From Octopus vulgaris (taxonomy: Eukaryota), in assembly GCA_951406725.2 (NCBI GenBank), contig OX597818.1, positions 62,186,001 to 62,250,000 on the forward strand: DNA of 64,000 nt, given 5' to 3'. Positions 13,090-26,501 of the stretch are shown one piece after another. The notes beneath the pieces are model-generated. The model was not told the origin of the DNA and searched no databases. It saw only the letters and a list, made by a program, of their open reading frames with translations. Position 1 is the stretch's first letter. Each line of letters starts with the position of its first letter. Position numbers and translations under genes: made by a program.

Positions 13090-13420
13090 GTATGTATATA
13101 TATATCAAAAACAAAACTTCATATTTTCAATCAATTTGCAAAATTTACGCACCATCAAGTTTTTATATTTTCCCTGGCATTCGATTTACTTCAATGAAAG
13201 GGAACACATTTTTTTTCCTGAAAACTAAACAATTGTTTTGTAAGATAAAGTAGAACCACTTACGACCACCACATTTGTTTTGTGATACAATTTGAGCTCC
13301 AAGTTCTACCTCAGCAATTCTGTTTTCTTTCAAAATATTTCTATACCCATTTACAATTTCGAAAACAATAAACAATTCAAACCCACTGTAAACATAACTG
13401 CTCTCAAGACCTCAGAGAAG

Positions 13421-13475
<55 letters not shown>

Positions 13476-13647
13476 GTGTGTTTGTGAAAGCACGTGGTTG
13501 AATATATAGAAAATAGTAAAAAGTGAAAAAACTACAGAAGGCTTAAATGTTAAAAAATATATATTTGCGTCAATATCTCTGAAGAATATTAAAATAATTT
13601 TGAAGAATATTAAAAAAATGTTTTTCTCTTATAATGACATAATTCAG

Positions 13648-13686
13648 AAGAAAGACCGGTTTCGCGTTTAGCTTTTCAAATTTCTT
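13648..13686 (-). ncRNA. Minimal type I hammerhead ribozyme variant (U3:A8) in a Penelope 3' region
   Basis: Minus strand AAGAAA-U-UUGAAAA-GC-UAAAC-GC-GAA-ACCGGU-C/UUUCUU: 6-bp stem I, 2-bp stem II, palindromic stem III, GUC cleavage triplet. Confidence 0.7.
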
Positions 13687-13795
13687 GCGACGTTATGTTT
13701 ATGTTGAACAGGGTTATCGTTATGTTTATGTTCAAAAGAGTTCTAAATAAGGGGAGATAATGAGTGATTTCTTCCGGTGTAAGGGAGATAATCGC

Positions 13796-14297
13796 TTAAC
13801 ATTTTTTTTGTTTCCCTTGGTGTGAATTTCTCTGTATCAGTATGTTGGGATGGTTAAGTCTGGGCTTGTACTTCTCAATGAAGAATGTTTCCTTGTTTAG
13901 TCTAATTTGTGTTGATGATCCGATAGCACATTGGTAAAATGGAAAGATTAAAAATTGTGGTAGTAGTTGCTTTGCGCATTTCTCAATGTGCTCACTAAAA
14001 GGTATCATTTTGTATTCTGGGAATGCAATCTGTTGTCGATGCAGTGTGCATCTACGTCTGAGTGATAGTCCCGTGGATCCCACGTAGTCTTGGTGGCAGC
14101 CCGAGCATTTTATGACATAAATTGTGTTTTCAGAGGCACAAGTAAAGTTAGATTTGATCTTGAATTTCTGTCCCTCTTTAAAGAGGAATTCTGATCCTTC
14201 TAGCAGGTTTGGACATGTTGCACAGTTCGATCTACCACATTTTTTTACTTTTGCATCCGTAATATCAGAAGACAATTTTGCCTTTGTGAGAATATTG
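13796..14297 (-). mobile_element. Penelope-like element, C-terminal zinc-finger linker plus GIY-YIG endonuclease (5'-truncated)
   Basis: CGRSNCATC linker, then FTCASENTIYVIKCSGCHQDYVGST..LRRRCTLH and terminal RLNKETFFIEKYKPRLN. Confidence 0.9.
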
Positions 14298-14490
14298 GCA
14301 CTGTGCAGTGGCGACCCGTTCTGGCATTGGTGTGTAGCTATCAATGCCAAAATTTGGAACAATTCCTTCCAGGATCTTCCAGATGTATATTATTGCATGC
14401 CTCTCCCATCTTCGCTCCAGGGAGTAGAGTCTTAGCTGTTTCAGCCTTTCCAGTAGCTGAGCTGTTGCAACGAGACGATCTTTGTGAAGT
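14298..14490 (-). mobile_element. CR1-clade LINE ORF2 C-terminal fragment
   Basis: With one frameshift it reads FTKIVSLQQLSY(W)ERLKQLRLYSLERRWERHAIIYIWKILEGIVPNFG, the CR1 LSYxERLxxLxLYSLERRR motif. Confidence 0.8.
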
Positions 14491-14883
14491 TGTATATATA
14501 TCTTTTAAAAAATGAAACCCTCGGGAACTATAAATCTAGATGTTGAATTAATACTGATACAGACTATGCTGTGATTTCCTGTTTTTCCGATATTCAAGTA
14601 TTTAGTAATCGCTATCTCTCTACAATACACACCTGATTCTTAAAGGATATTTCATTGTTTTATCTGATACAATATATAAGTTGGTCTACTTTCATTAATA
14701 ATGCTGTTAATGGTGATGCAAGATAGGATTACTTAGAAAATATATTATAAGACCAGGAGATTTATTTTAACTCCTGCTGTTTATGTTTTCTGTCTTCTTC
14801 CACACTCAGACACTCAGTTTAATTGTTTGTACCAGGAATAGTTACGACATGGCAAAATTTCCGAAAGAAAGAAATACACATTC

Positions 14884-14922
<39 letters not shown>

Positions 14923-16473
14923 AATGCAATTTGTATAAATACAAATATATATATAATTATATATATATATATATACATATACAAATATATATATATATAA
15001 TCCTTTTTACAACAGGTATGAGGCCCAAAATGTTGGAGGAAGGGTTTCAGTCGATTACAGTGACCCTAATACTCAACTGGTACTTATTTTATTAATTCCG
15101 ATATGATGGAAGGCAAAGTCGGCCTCAACGGAAATACAAATACATATAATGCGTATAGACATATATGCTTAATTTTAAATATACGTATGCATATATACAT
15201 GTGCAGATGTATATATATATGTGTGCATGTATATATACATGTATAAATATATAAGCACACACACATACAACACACAAACATACACACACACACACATGAA
15301 CATATACATGGGACAGACAGGTTACCAGACAGATAAACACACACACACTCACACACATATATATATGGAAAGAGAGTGAGATAGAGATAGAGAGAGTGAT
15401 AGAAAGTAGATGTTATGATGCCAAAATTTTCAATACCACCATTTGATATTGATATTAATATCGGTATTTTAATAAAATATATTTCTTTATATAAACTTTC
15501 AAGTTACAACATTTATAGGTTCAAATAGTGAAAACTGAATCTGTTATTCAAGTAACCAAAAATGGTTTGAAAATATCGGAAATGATATCAATATGTTATA
15601 ATGTTTTTGATTTATTAACAATTGACAATTCTTACGAAGAACGGGTGGGGGAAGAAAGGATGAAAGAAATATTTCAATATTCAAAAATTATTGTAGCAAA
15701 TATTCTCATTTGATTTCAATACAATGTAAAATGCATTTTTCTTTAATTCATACAAAATAAAATAAAAATACCTTCAACAAGAGCAAACTATTTAGAATTG
15801 TTATTAATTTTGGAAAAGCTTGGCTGTGTTGTAAGAAGCCTGCTTCCTAAACACATGGTTCATGGGCCAGTCCCAATGTGTGGCCCGTTGGGAAAGTATC
15901 TTCTATTATAGCCTCAGGTTGACCAAGGCTTTTAATTGGATTTGGTAGACAAACTGAAAGATCCCTGTCCAGCTCAATTTGATTCATTTTCAGTCGAAAG
16001 CCGCTTGTTGTTATTTCTTGTTGTTGTCTTCGTAATTGTGTACAATGTTCTCTGTATGAAGATCTAAACTGCATAACCATCTATTTTTCTGCTCTTGAAT
16101 ATATTAACTCTTTCCGTTTCTTCGCCTACTGTTTTACTCTGTTATCTTGGTGCTGTACAGTGGTTTAATTAAGACTTTAGCTCTTATTTCTAGCAGGTGC
16201 ATGTTTTTAATCATCCTTACGCTTCGTGTAAATTTGTAATTTATAGCTGAATAATGGTATTTGCCTGTGGACCACCAATGTTACACCTATATGATACCAT
16301 CAATGTTAAATTTCATCCACAGATGGTATTAACAGTAGCGAGATCTTATTTCAAATCCTAGAGTTTGAATGTTTTGCTTATATATATATAATTGGAATTT
16401 ACAAAAAACAAAAGACGAAGACATGTGTATAAACAGTAAATAGGTGTATTAACGCTCGGGAAGGTGGGAAAGT

Positions 16474-16509
16474 CTTTTACGTCTCAAGCCTACGCTCTTC
16501 AACAGAAAG
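16474..16509 (-). ncRNA. Degenerate type I hammerhead-like motif
   Basis: CUUU-CUGUUGA-AGAGC-GUAG-GCUU-GAG-ACGU-A/AAAG; all three stems present but the core deviates (A6U, A14G). Lies in a microsatellite-flanked segment. Confidence 0.45.
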
Positions 16510-16549
16510 TAACGCGAGAAAATAAACAGAGAATAAAAAAAAGCATATT

Positions 16550-16667
<118 letters not shown>

Positions 16668-16813
16668 CATGTATTTATCAAAATACGCTACAGGATATCA
16701 AGTAGTGATGCAGTACGACCGTTTCAAGCGACTCCATTTCATTGAACAATGCAATCATTATATCAATTTAAATGCAGACCAATCTTCAGCTGCGCAAATA
16801 AATAAACAGAATG

Positions 16814-17250
16814 TTAACAAGCAGGGCACATTAATATAATTTTTCTCAAATATTTTAACAGTGCAAGAAGAATGAAAATGCAAGATGGAAGAATCGCATG
16901 AAAACTATTGGGGTCATTATCTTGTAAGGGGTTGTAATTCATTTCTAATTCATTTATCTCTTTATTAACTACTAAATCTAAGACTAGAAGTCTGTGTCTA
17001 TTTTGAATAAAAGACAAGAGTGAGTTAATAGCTCATGGCTAGGTATGGTCATAAATATTATCATATGCATCGCTTTTCCTCAGGGAAGAAAGATGACATT
17101 AGGAGTAGTCAATTGGATATACTGTCTATAAAAAGTGGCTGGGTATATATATTATCTATTTAAAGGTCACAATACATGTATTGAAGCGCTACTAATATTT
17201 TCATATGTTGAGAAAACTCAAACATTCTTGAGGCGCAAACCACGTATCAT
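16814..17250 (-). pseudogene. Highly decayed Penelope-like RT C-terminal segment
   Basis: LLVLDLVVNKEINEL..YNP..NDPNSFH resembles the PLE LPFLD...YxKPT thumb region. Confidence 0.35.
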
Positions 17251-17297
17251 AACGAATTTAAAAAATTGAATTAATTGAATAAATTTATATATATATG

Positions 17298-17329
<32 letters not shown>

Positions 17330-18279
17330 CACACATACATACGTATCTGTGTTACCCACCACCGCTTGACAACCTGCAGTGGTGTGTTTACATCCCCGTA
17401 ACTTAGCGGTTCGTCAAACATAATTTATAGAACAAATATCCGGCATAGAAAAAAAAAAAAGAAATAACTGGGGTCGATTCGTCCGACAAAAAAATCTTGC
17501 ATGGCTGTGCTCCAGCATGGCCGCAGTCTAATGATTATGGTAATAAAAACCAAAAATATTTATTCAGGGAATTTTTTGATGCGATTGTTCTTATCGCAAA
17601 TCTGTCATTTTGAATTTCTACATTCTGCTACTGCAACGAGATTTTACAAATTAAGGCGACTATGAAAATTATCTTACCTCACCTGTAAAATCTCATAATC
17701 AGTGGCTAGGTGTATTATATGTAAGAATTTTACACATTTTTATGGACGGAAAAGCGCGTAATGTGAACGGAAATTTATGAAAAATATATCGTCTATCACT
17801 TGTCGGAGTTAAGTAAATATTAGACTTAGCATTACTGAATTTCAAATGCATACAAGTTGTAATATTAATAATAAAGATAATCTGTACATGTGACGATTGA
17901 AAAAAAGACATAATTTCTTATGACATCTGTCGACATATTGTATCTGATGCTGAAATATGCAAGAGGAAATAATCTCTTTTTCTGTTGACAAGTAAGCCCG
18001 TATGGAGAAGACGAAGAGTAAGAGAAGACAGATGCTATACGTCTAAGAACTAACACACACAGACACAACCCCACCATACACACACGGGAGTGGAGGCGTA
18101 ATGGCCCAGTGGTTAGAGCAGCGGACTCGCGGTTTCGATTCCCAGACCGGGCGTTGTGTGTGTTTATTGAGCGAAAACACCTAAAGCTCCACGATGCTCC
18201 GGCAGGGGGTGGTGGTGAACCCTGGTGTACGTTGTTTTAATTTAAAATTTCGATATTTTGTTATCAAGAAGGAACTCCG

Positions 18280-18928
18280 CTCCTGAAACAAAGGAAACTC
18301 CCTTCCTACACATTTATATAGCAATGAATAGTTCCCATTTCTGGACATTTTGATTATAAAAAAATTCAACAAGCAAATTGCAACTGACATACACTACAAA
18401 CCAACAGACTCAAAACAGTATCCCTTTTTCAGTTCATGCCATCTTCAACACACCAAAATGAATAGCCCATTCAATCTAGCAAAAAAGGATCTATACAATT
18501 GTATCTGATACAACTACTCAGGAACTTCGCCTGCAAGACCTCAAAATAATGCTCATTGAACGTCAATACCCACCCGCACTTAGAGACCATGTAATTAGAT
18601 GTGCCAAAAATAATTGGACACAAACACACTAAGGACATCAAAACAAAAACACTACACCTCATTTTAAATCACCCCCATACATATCAAGCTAAAACAACCC
18701 CAGAAACAATGAGGTATACACCTCAATTGTACAAAATCTCCCTCTGCTCACTCAAGACCCGAAAATGAACAACATTCTGAATACACAAACTCCTCAAATG
18801 CAAAAGACAACACAAATCACTCAAGAGACTCCTTACAAATGCAAAACTATACTCAATACATACGATGCTAACAGTTAAAATATACGGATGACCTAATTGT
18901 GGTACATGCCCATAACTAACTGAAAAGG
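18280..18928 (+). pseudogene. Decayed Penelope-like RT thumb/linker fragment
   Basis: Translates in pieces to PFLDILIIK..IATDIHYKPTDSKQY and PFNLAKRICTIVSDTTTQELRLQDLKIMLIERQYP. Ends GxPNCGTCP, homologous to the linker at ~14210-14240, then runs into (TA)n. Confidence 0.8.
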
Positions 18929-18974
<46 letters not shown>

Positions 18975-20858
18975 CCATATATATAAAAATACAGAGGTTG
19001 AAATTGAGCACTTCATTTCCCTTTGAAGACGAACAATCAGAGATCAAACCAGACATGAACAGCATCAGGTTTTTCTATACAGCATTACCATTCAACGCTC
19101 AAACTGCTGGCCAACAGCATCGATTTCTTCTTGTTTAGGAAGACCTGCAAAAGCTATTAGCCATGCTCTTCTTCTTTGCTTTAATAACAGCCCTTCCCCC
19201 AAAAACAAACAAACAAAAACCTCATTACAAAGTGTCCTAACCTAGACATAGTGCTGCAAACATCGTGTTGTTAACTCAATTAAACTGACCTAGAAAAAGT
19301 CGTAAATTGACAAGATGCGATTTCACTTTAATTACAACAATACGCCTTGATTTTTAGAAATGGAATTAAAATAAGACAATATTAAAATACGTAAAAAAAA
19401 ATAGCAAACAAGAAACCTGCCAATGAAGTGATTGCCAAAGAAAGTTTAACAACGAGTTTCCTCACAGATTATATATATTTTGCTTTTCCGTTTAATCTAT
19501 TTTCTGACGTCTTTTACAAGTTCGTAGCAGAAATTCAAATGTATTTCCAGAAATCTGGTTATTTATTCTATCAATTTCGTGACAAACTTACGGTGACTAG
19601 TGGCTAATATTAATTCAGAAAGTTAGCTGCCAATCACGTTTCTTCCCCCAAAACATTTCAAATGTCTTCTAAACAAAAGTAAATACATACTCTAACCAAT
19701 AATTCACCGCCATCTTTTGGAAGGAACCTTATCCTATTTATTAGGAAATAGTGTCCCTCAAAATTGCTTCATATTTATGTCAATATAAATTTAGTTTTCA
19801 ATCTTGGCATCTGTATGAGTTTCATTTATTTGTGTACGTTCACTATACATACATACATATTGTCTACATCTATTACGTACGTATTGATTTCTTCTGATTG
19901 GGCATGAGGCCAACTTCCACAAATGAAGATCTATTCGATAAAATCGACAACAGTATACAACTGGTACCTATTTTATTGATTCCAGCCGAGTGACGAATAA
20001 AGCAAAATTCAATCCCGGAGGAATATGAAGTCGGAGCTAATATGAATTCTGTAAAGTAATTAATCCCGTATCGACTCGTTTCGCCATTTCAACGCTATTT
20101 TTACGACAGCAATATATTACAATAAATTTACAGTAAAACGTATTGCGAAATAACTCACTCTGTATTATCATCCGTGTTACATAAAATTCTTTAGTCATTC
20201 CCTTTGTTAACATATAACTATAGAAACCCACACGTACCCGCATGGATGTGTATACACGCACACACATATTTATATGCACGCATGTGTAAGAGAGTGTGCA
20301 TACGTCGATAAATTTCTGTGCATATACATAAATATATGTGTATGTGTATATGTGTGTGTGTGAGTGTATATATATATATATATATATTTAAATAAATATA
20401 TATATTAATATATGCATACGCATATACACACATATATATAGATATAAGTATATATGTGTATATATATATATATATACATACATATATATATATATATATT
20501 TTTATATGTAAATATATATACATATTTATTTATATGTAAATATATATATTTATATATGTATATATTCATATATACATGCACACACATATACATATATGGA
20601 AATATGTATATATATATATATATACACACACACATATATATACATATATATATATATATATGTACATATATATATATGTGCATATATATATATACATATA
20701 CACATATATGTATGCGTATATATATATATAAATATACATATATATATATATGTGTGTGTGTGTGTGTATCTATGTATGTATTTGCATGTATGTATGCATT
20801 TCTATGTATGTATACATGCAAGCATATTTGTGTATATATTTCGATTTTCTTTTCTCAG

Positions 20859-20882
20859 CTATCGGTGGAAAACAGTTTTACA
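20859..20882 (+). CDS. Candidate 24-nt micro-exon
   Basis: Acceptor tttcgattttcttttctcag, donor CA/gtaaga; length is a multiple of 3 with no stop in any frame. Confidence 0.45.
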
Positions 20883-21070
20883 GTAAGAACGACCGCCAGC
20901 AGCCACTCCACCGCCGCCATATCACCACCACCACCACCACCACCACCACCACCGTCACCACCACCACCGCCACCACCACCGCCGCCGCCACCAAAACCAA
21001 AACCATAATACTCTTGAATGCTTACCAACCTTTTAAACAACCACTCCATTGTTGTTGAAAGATCAATTTT

Positions 21071-21129
<59 letters not shown>

Positions 21130-21287
21130 CCTATGCATATTTGTTATTATTGACGTCGTCGTCGTAGTAATCGCTGTTATTGTTGTTGTTGTTGTTGTTG
21201 TTGTTGTTTTTGTTCTTGTTGTTGCGGTGGTGCTGTTGATTTTGCTCAAGTGTGCCAATTCAATTTCTCTCCCCATTTACCATTCAG

Positions 21288-21305
21288 GTCGGTCGATTGC
21301 ACTCG
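21288..21305 (+). CDS. Candidate 18-nt micro-exon (or start of a longer exon open to TGA at ~21410)
   Basis: Acceptor tttctctccccatttaccattcag, donor CG/gtaaga; no stop in any frame. Confidence 0.45.
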
Positions 21306-21792
21306 GTAAGAAATCTGCCACATATTTTCGATTTCAGAACAATGACACTGCTATGGAATGAAATGCCTTCTTCACGGCGAAGCCAATTCATGGGATTCGA
21401 CAGCCATTGACTTCAGGTATTGGCCCTTTTCTTACTCTTCTCGCTGTTGTTGTTGTTGTTGCTGTTGTTGTGTTGCATCCTTTACTTAGGAAGTTACAGC
21501 CCGAAGGAGCACTCCATATTTTGTTTGAGTGTGCTTGTATATACATAGGTTTGTATACATATATATGTATGTACGTACGCATTCATTGGATGTATTCATC
21601 CATATAAATATATCTTCCAAACGTACATGTACATGTATATATATATGTATATATGTATATATGTATACACATATAAATATATAGATATATATACATATAT
21701 AGATATATATGTGTGTGAGTGTGTGTATATACCCAAATAGATAATCGAGATTATGGTGATATATATATATATATCAATCAAAGAATAAATCC

Positions 21793-21835
<43 letters not shown>

Positions 21836-21926
21836 CACATACATATATCTACACACACACATATATATGTATATAATTATATATAAATATACATATTAAA
21901 GAATAAATCCATATATGTGTATATGT

Positions 21927-21960
<34 letters not shown>

Positions 21961-21971
21961 ATATATATATA

Positions 21972-22029
<58 letters not shown>

Positions 22030-22321
22030 TATATATATATGAACACGCGCATACAGATATAGATATAAGCATAGTGTATGCGTTTATGTGTGTTCATCTA
22101 TGTGTGTGTGTCTGTGCGTACATAGCAATTAAACATACACACACTCCTCGAAACACATTTGAACTGGTCTAGTCAAAGTGCTATCCACTTTAATTACGCG
22201 ACGGTTAATTAAAAACTAAACATCAAATGTTGAAGAAATAAAACGAACAGAATGACTTTCAGGTACACCATATGCACAAAACATACGGACATTTACTACA
22301 TTGGTAATGTATACACGTCAA

Positions 22322-22366
<45 letters not shown>

Positions 22367-23664
22367 ACTTAGGTATGCACGTATATATGTGGATCCTGGT
22401 ACTGGATTCCAAGTGTTTTAAGGAGTGTACAAACATCTGTTAGACGTTATTGTTGCTAAATCTATTCTGATTCGGTGTAGTAGCACCGGTCAGGGTCCTA
22501 GCTACGGGTTAACTAGCGTCTCAACCACTGGTGCTGAAGGACCCCTTGTGCTCATTAGGACTTCCTTCAGAAGAAGGTTAATTCGTATAAAATTCCTGAA
22601 GCACAGTTGGGTTCTGGTCGTCTCATTCTCGTTTGTGTTGCTGTTTTATAGTTAAGTGGTTTAAATGTCTTTTCAAGGTTGTGCAACAATTTATTCACTC
22701 CAAACAGTTTCACATAAAGGAACTTCTGAGACACTCGCAATGTTTGCACAGACGCATTGAACTTAGGCCGTGGTCTTGCTCGGTCACTAGTTGAGTTCTA
22801 CTATATAAGCATGTGTGTATGCATGCATGTATTTCTACATAAACCTTTACATATATATGTGTGTATATATATGTGTAAATAATTGTATATGTATATGCCA
22901 CACAAACAGATATATATTATATATATGAATGTATATGATATATAGAGATAGTAGGATGAAGCTGTATAGAAACCACCGCTAACGGTGGGAAGGCTCGGTT
23001 ACTTATACTATGAATACTACTCTTAAAGGTACTAGGCGGGTGGTTGGAATTCTTATTAATATAAACCAATCTTTCGTTGGGCTTACGGTAAGGTTTAAAA
23101 CTACTAGTTTATAGATATAACGTAAAATCTAAAAGTCGATGCAACTCAGTAATTTTAAAATTCATGCACTGCAAGAATATAATTAAATCCTTCCCGACTC
23201 AAACTAGCTCATGGCCGTTCATGTTGCGAGTACTAATAGACTTGTCATCCCTATATACATCCACACTTAAATTTTGGTATTCTCTTTGTTAAAAAGCCAA
23301 AATATATACACCTATAACTATGTACAATCTAGTTTCAATACACCACACGCAGGTATATCAAAAAATACATCTACGGTTTCTATAACCCAGAGGGAATCAT
23401 TAAAAATCAATAATGATTTCTGTGTGTAAAGGATTATGTCAATATCTGAGTCACAAATAAGGTTAGAGGCTTTTACAAAATCGCTATACAGGGTGTGTTA
23501 GAAAAGCCTTCCAAATTTTATGCAGCTGTTGGTGTAGCGCCAGCGAACCTAGGCCGATGGTAAAGGTATCTTCATATGGATTATGTCTTATCGTTTTGTA
23601 GTCAGTTGCCATTATTGATCTGGTGCATGCCGTTCGCTTGCTGTTGAGGCATTTATCATTTTAT

Positions 23665-23935
23665 CTTTTATCTTTTATTTGTATCGATCATTAGGTTGCG
23701 GCCATGCTGAAGAGATTTTAGCCGAATGAATCCACCCAGGACTTATGCTTTAAAGCCTGGTACTTATTCGATTGATCTCTGGCCGAATCGCTGAGTTACG
23801 GGAATGTAAACAAACCAACACCAGTTGTCAAACGGTAGTGGAGGGAAATCAAAGACATAGACATACAGACGTACATGCACACACAAAAACTCACACACAC
23901 ATAGACACAGACACGCACACACACACACACACACA

Positions 23936-24029
<94 letters not shown>

Positions 24030-24180
24030 CGACGGGCTTCTATCAGTTTCCGACGACCAAATCCACCCAGAAGGCTTTGGACACTTGTCTAAAGAGTCGA
24101 AGGCACATGCCTAAAGAGTCAAGTTGTGGGGCTGAAACCGGAACCATGTGGTTGAGAAGAAAACTTCTTACCATGCAACC
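23665..24180 (-). mobile_element. Diverged SINE family B with expanded internal (CA)n/(TA)n
   Basis: Both halves match 25292-25748 in reverse complement. Confidence 0.75.
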
Positions 24181-24429
24181 CCGCTATGATTTTCGTCGCA
24201 CCTTCTAGCTGGACATACTGTACCAAACTGACAGACCAGTAGTTACGCTTATTGCTATGGCAATAGATTTGATGCTGTCTTATAAAAGAAGAGCACTATA
24301 ACAGTCGTATTGCTAATTAAGTGTCTAAAAGGTGTTTACTAATTATTCCTATCCTACTTGTGGTGCAAGAACTTTACCTTGGTTAAAAACACTCTCCAGA
24401 TCCAATGAAAATGAGCTACATACTAAAAG

Positions 24430-24760
24430 CAATTGCATTTCTCTTCAATTGCCCACTAAATGGCAATTCCAGTACCAAAGGAACAGCGTATGTACCTAAA
24501 GTCCAAACCGATAACAGTTCATCGCACATCGGGTCACGGAAAACAACTTCAAGACGAGATTCTACCTGCATAAAAATTAAGTTACATAACAAGTCCTCAA
24601 CGAGTCGCTCAAAATATATCTGGCTACTGAAAGAATCTGGTTTATTACCCTTACAGATCCAATAATCGATTTCATAAAAAGCAAACCAACCTGTACATAC
24701 ATACCTCATACCCTAATTCCATCCAATATCCACTATCTTAAAGTTAGAAATATTTTATCC
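24430..24760 (+). pseudogene. Decayed GIY-YIG endonuclease of a second Penelope-like family
   Basis: CPLNGNSSTKGTAYVPKVQT...HIG /frameshift/ VTENNFKTRFYLHK ... TSRSKYIWLLKE fits the CPLxGxC..Y..YIGxTExxFKxR..H..LSKYIWxLK pattern. Confidence 0.7.
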
Positions 24761-24782
24761 TCTTTGAAGAAAATCGGCTATA

Positions 24783-25007
24783 CAGTAATCCCTCGCCATA
24801 TCGCGGTTCTTCTATCGCGGTTTATTATTTAAGCTTACGTCAATTCCTCCGTGGTGGTGTTTTGGGTTTATGATAAAATATATATAAACAAATTATAAAA
24901 ACAATTCTAAAAAAAATATACAGTACAGTACTGTTTCTATTTTACGGATTTTCACCTATCGCGGGGTTTTTTGGAACGTAACACCTATGATACTCGAAGG
25001 AGTACCG
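24783..25007. mobile_element. Tigger/pogo-type MITE
   Basis: Imperfect TIRs cagtaatccctcg... and ...cgaaggagtaccg, with TA on both sides. Confidence 0.75.
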
Positions 25008-25291
25008 TAAACCCAGAACATCTGAATCGTTGCTTTGTTGTAGATATTCTTCAACATTTTTAGTGTCAAGACCTCTTCCACCGAATATATGACGTACATA
25101 GCCATTCCCCACTTTCACCAAATTTTATTGTTATCATTATAAATTATATGGAATATGTCAGGTCTCAATTGTACTCACTGCGATGTCTTAATACCTTTTG
25201 ACCGTCGAATTTGATGTTTTATATCAATCATCCTATGAAATTATGCAAGTAACATCTACAAAAGAAATAAGAAAAAATATATTATTGCTTA

Positions 25292-25462
25292 GACGTAGGA
25301 GTGGCTGTGTGGTAAGTAGCTAGCTTACCAACCACATGGTTCTGGGTTCAGTCCCACTGCGTGGCACCTTGGGCAAGTGTCTTCTACTATAGCTTCGGGC
25401 TGACCAAAACCTTGTGAGTGGATTTGGTAGACGGAAACTGAAAGAAGCCCGTCGTATATATG

Positions 25463-25494
<32 letters not shown>

Positions 25495-25748
25495 TGTATG
25501 TATGTATGTATGTATGTATGTATGTGTGTGTGTATATGTTTGTGTGTTTGTCCCCACTTGACAACCGATGCTGGTGTGTTTACGTCCCCGTAACTTAGCG
25601 GTTCGGCAAAAGAGACCGATACAATTAGTACTAGGCTTACAAAGAATAAGTCCTGGGGTCGATTTGTTCTATCGACTAAAGGCAGTCCTCCAGCATGGCC
25701 ACAGTCAAATGACTGAAACAAGTAAAAGTGTAAAAGAGTAAAAGAGAA
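25292..25748 (+). mobile_element. Full-length SINE family B (tRNA head, CORE-like CCTTGGGCAAGT, internal microsatellite, (GTAAAAGA)n tail)
   Basis: A-box TGGCTGTGTGG, B-box GGTTCAGTCCC. Other copies or fragments: 15815-15965, 17355-17540, 42380-43105(-), 46270-46437, 47795-48080(-), 48953-49406, 60150-60490(-), 61270-61465. Confidence 0.9.
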
Positions 25749-26179
25749 AGAGCTTCTGCTTTGATTTTATCGCGCAATTCTTCGCATTTGTGGATTTTTC
25801 TTGTGGGTTTCCATTATTTCAAACCATTTTGTGTCTGTTACTTTTGACTTTTCTATTTGTATCTGCGGGTTCGATTTGTTTTGTGACACCTGACAGAAAT
25901 ACCTAACAGTTATATCACACTTTGCCTTCCATACTAGACATTCCTCCATCTCAGGTCTCATCCATACTTTCTCTACACTTCCACCATTTATTCTCTCCAC
26001 GCATCCGGATTACATAACTCACTATTTCTTTTATACTCGTCAAATACATGTCTGTGTGTGTATACATGTGTGCATGTGTGTTAGTGTGTGTGTATTTATA
26101 AGTACGTATATGTGTGAATGTTTATTGTTATATTTAACAATTTGAAGTTATGTACCTATATATATATATATATATATAT

Positions 26180-26501
26180 ATATGCATGTATGTATGCATG
26201 CCTGTATGTATGTATGGATGTATTTATGTATGTATTTATGTATATATGTATGTATGTATGTATGTACGTACGTATTTACGTATGTATGTATTTATGCATG
26301 TATATATGTGTATGCATGTATGTACGTACTTATGTATGTATGTATGTATGTATGTATGTATGTATGTATGAATGTATGTATGTATGTATGTATGTATGTA
26401 TGTATGTATGTATGAATGTATGCATGTATGTATGTATGTATGAATGTATGTATGTATGTATGTATGTATGTATGTATGTATGTATGTATGTATGTATGTA
26501 T
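26180..26501. repeat. (TATG)n tetranucleotide tract
   Basis: Directly visible. Confidence 0.98.

Noticed and set aside
17671-17695. Minus-strand ttttacag/GTGAG/gtaag (recursive splice site or 5-nt exon); similar ttcag/gtaaga at ~51165
   Set aside because: The pyrimidine tract is short with an upstream AG, and the second site lies in a hAT fossil; both are compatible with chance.
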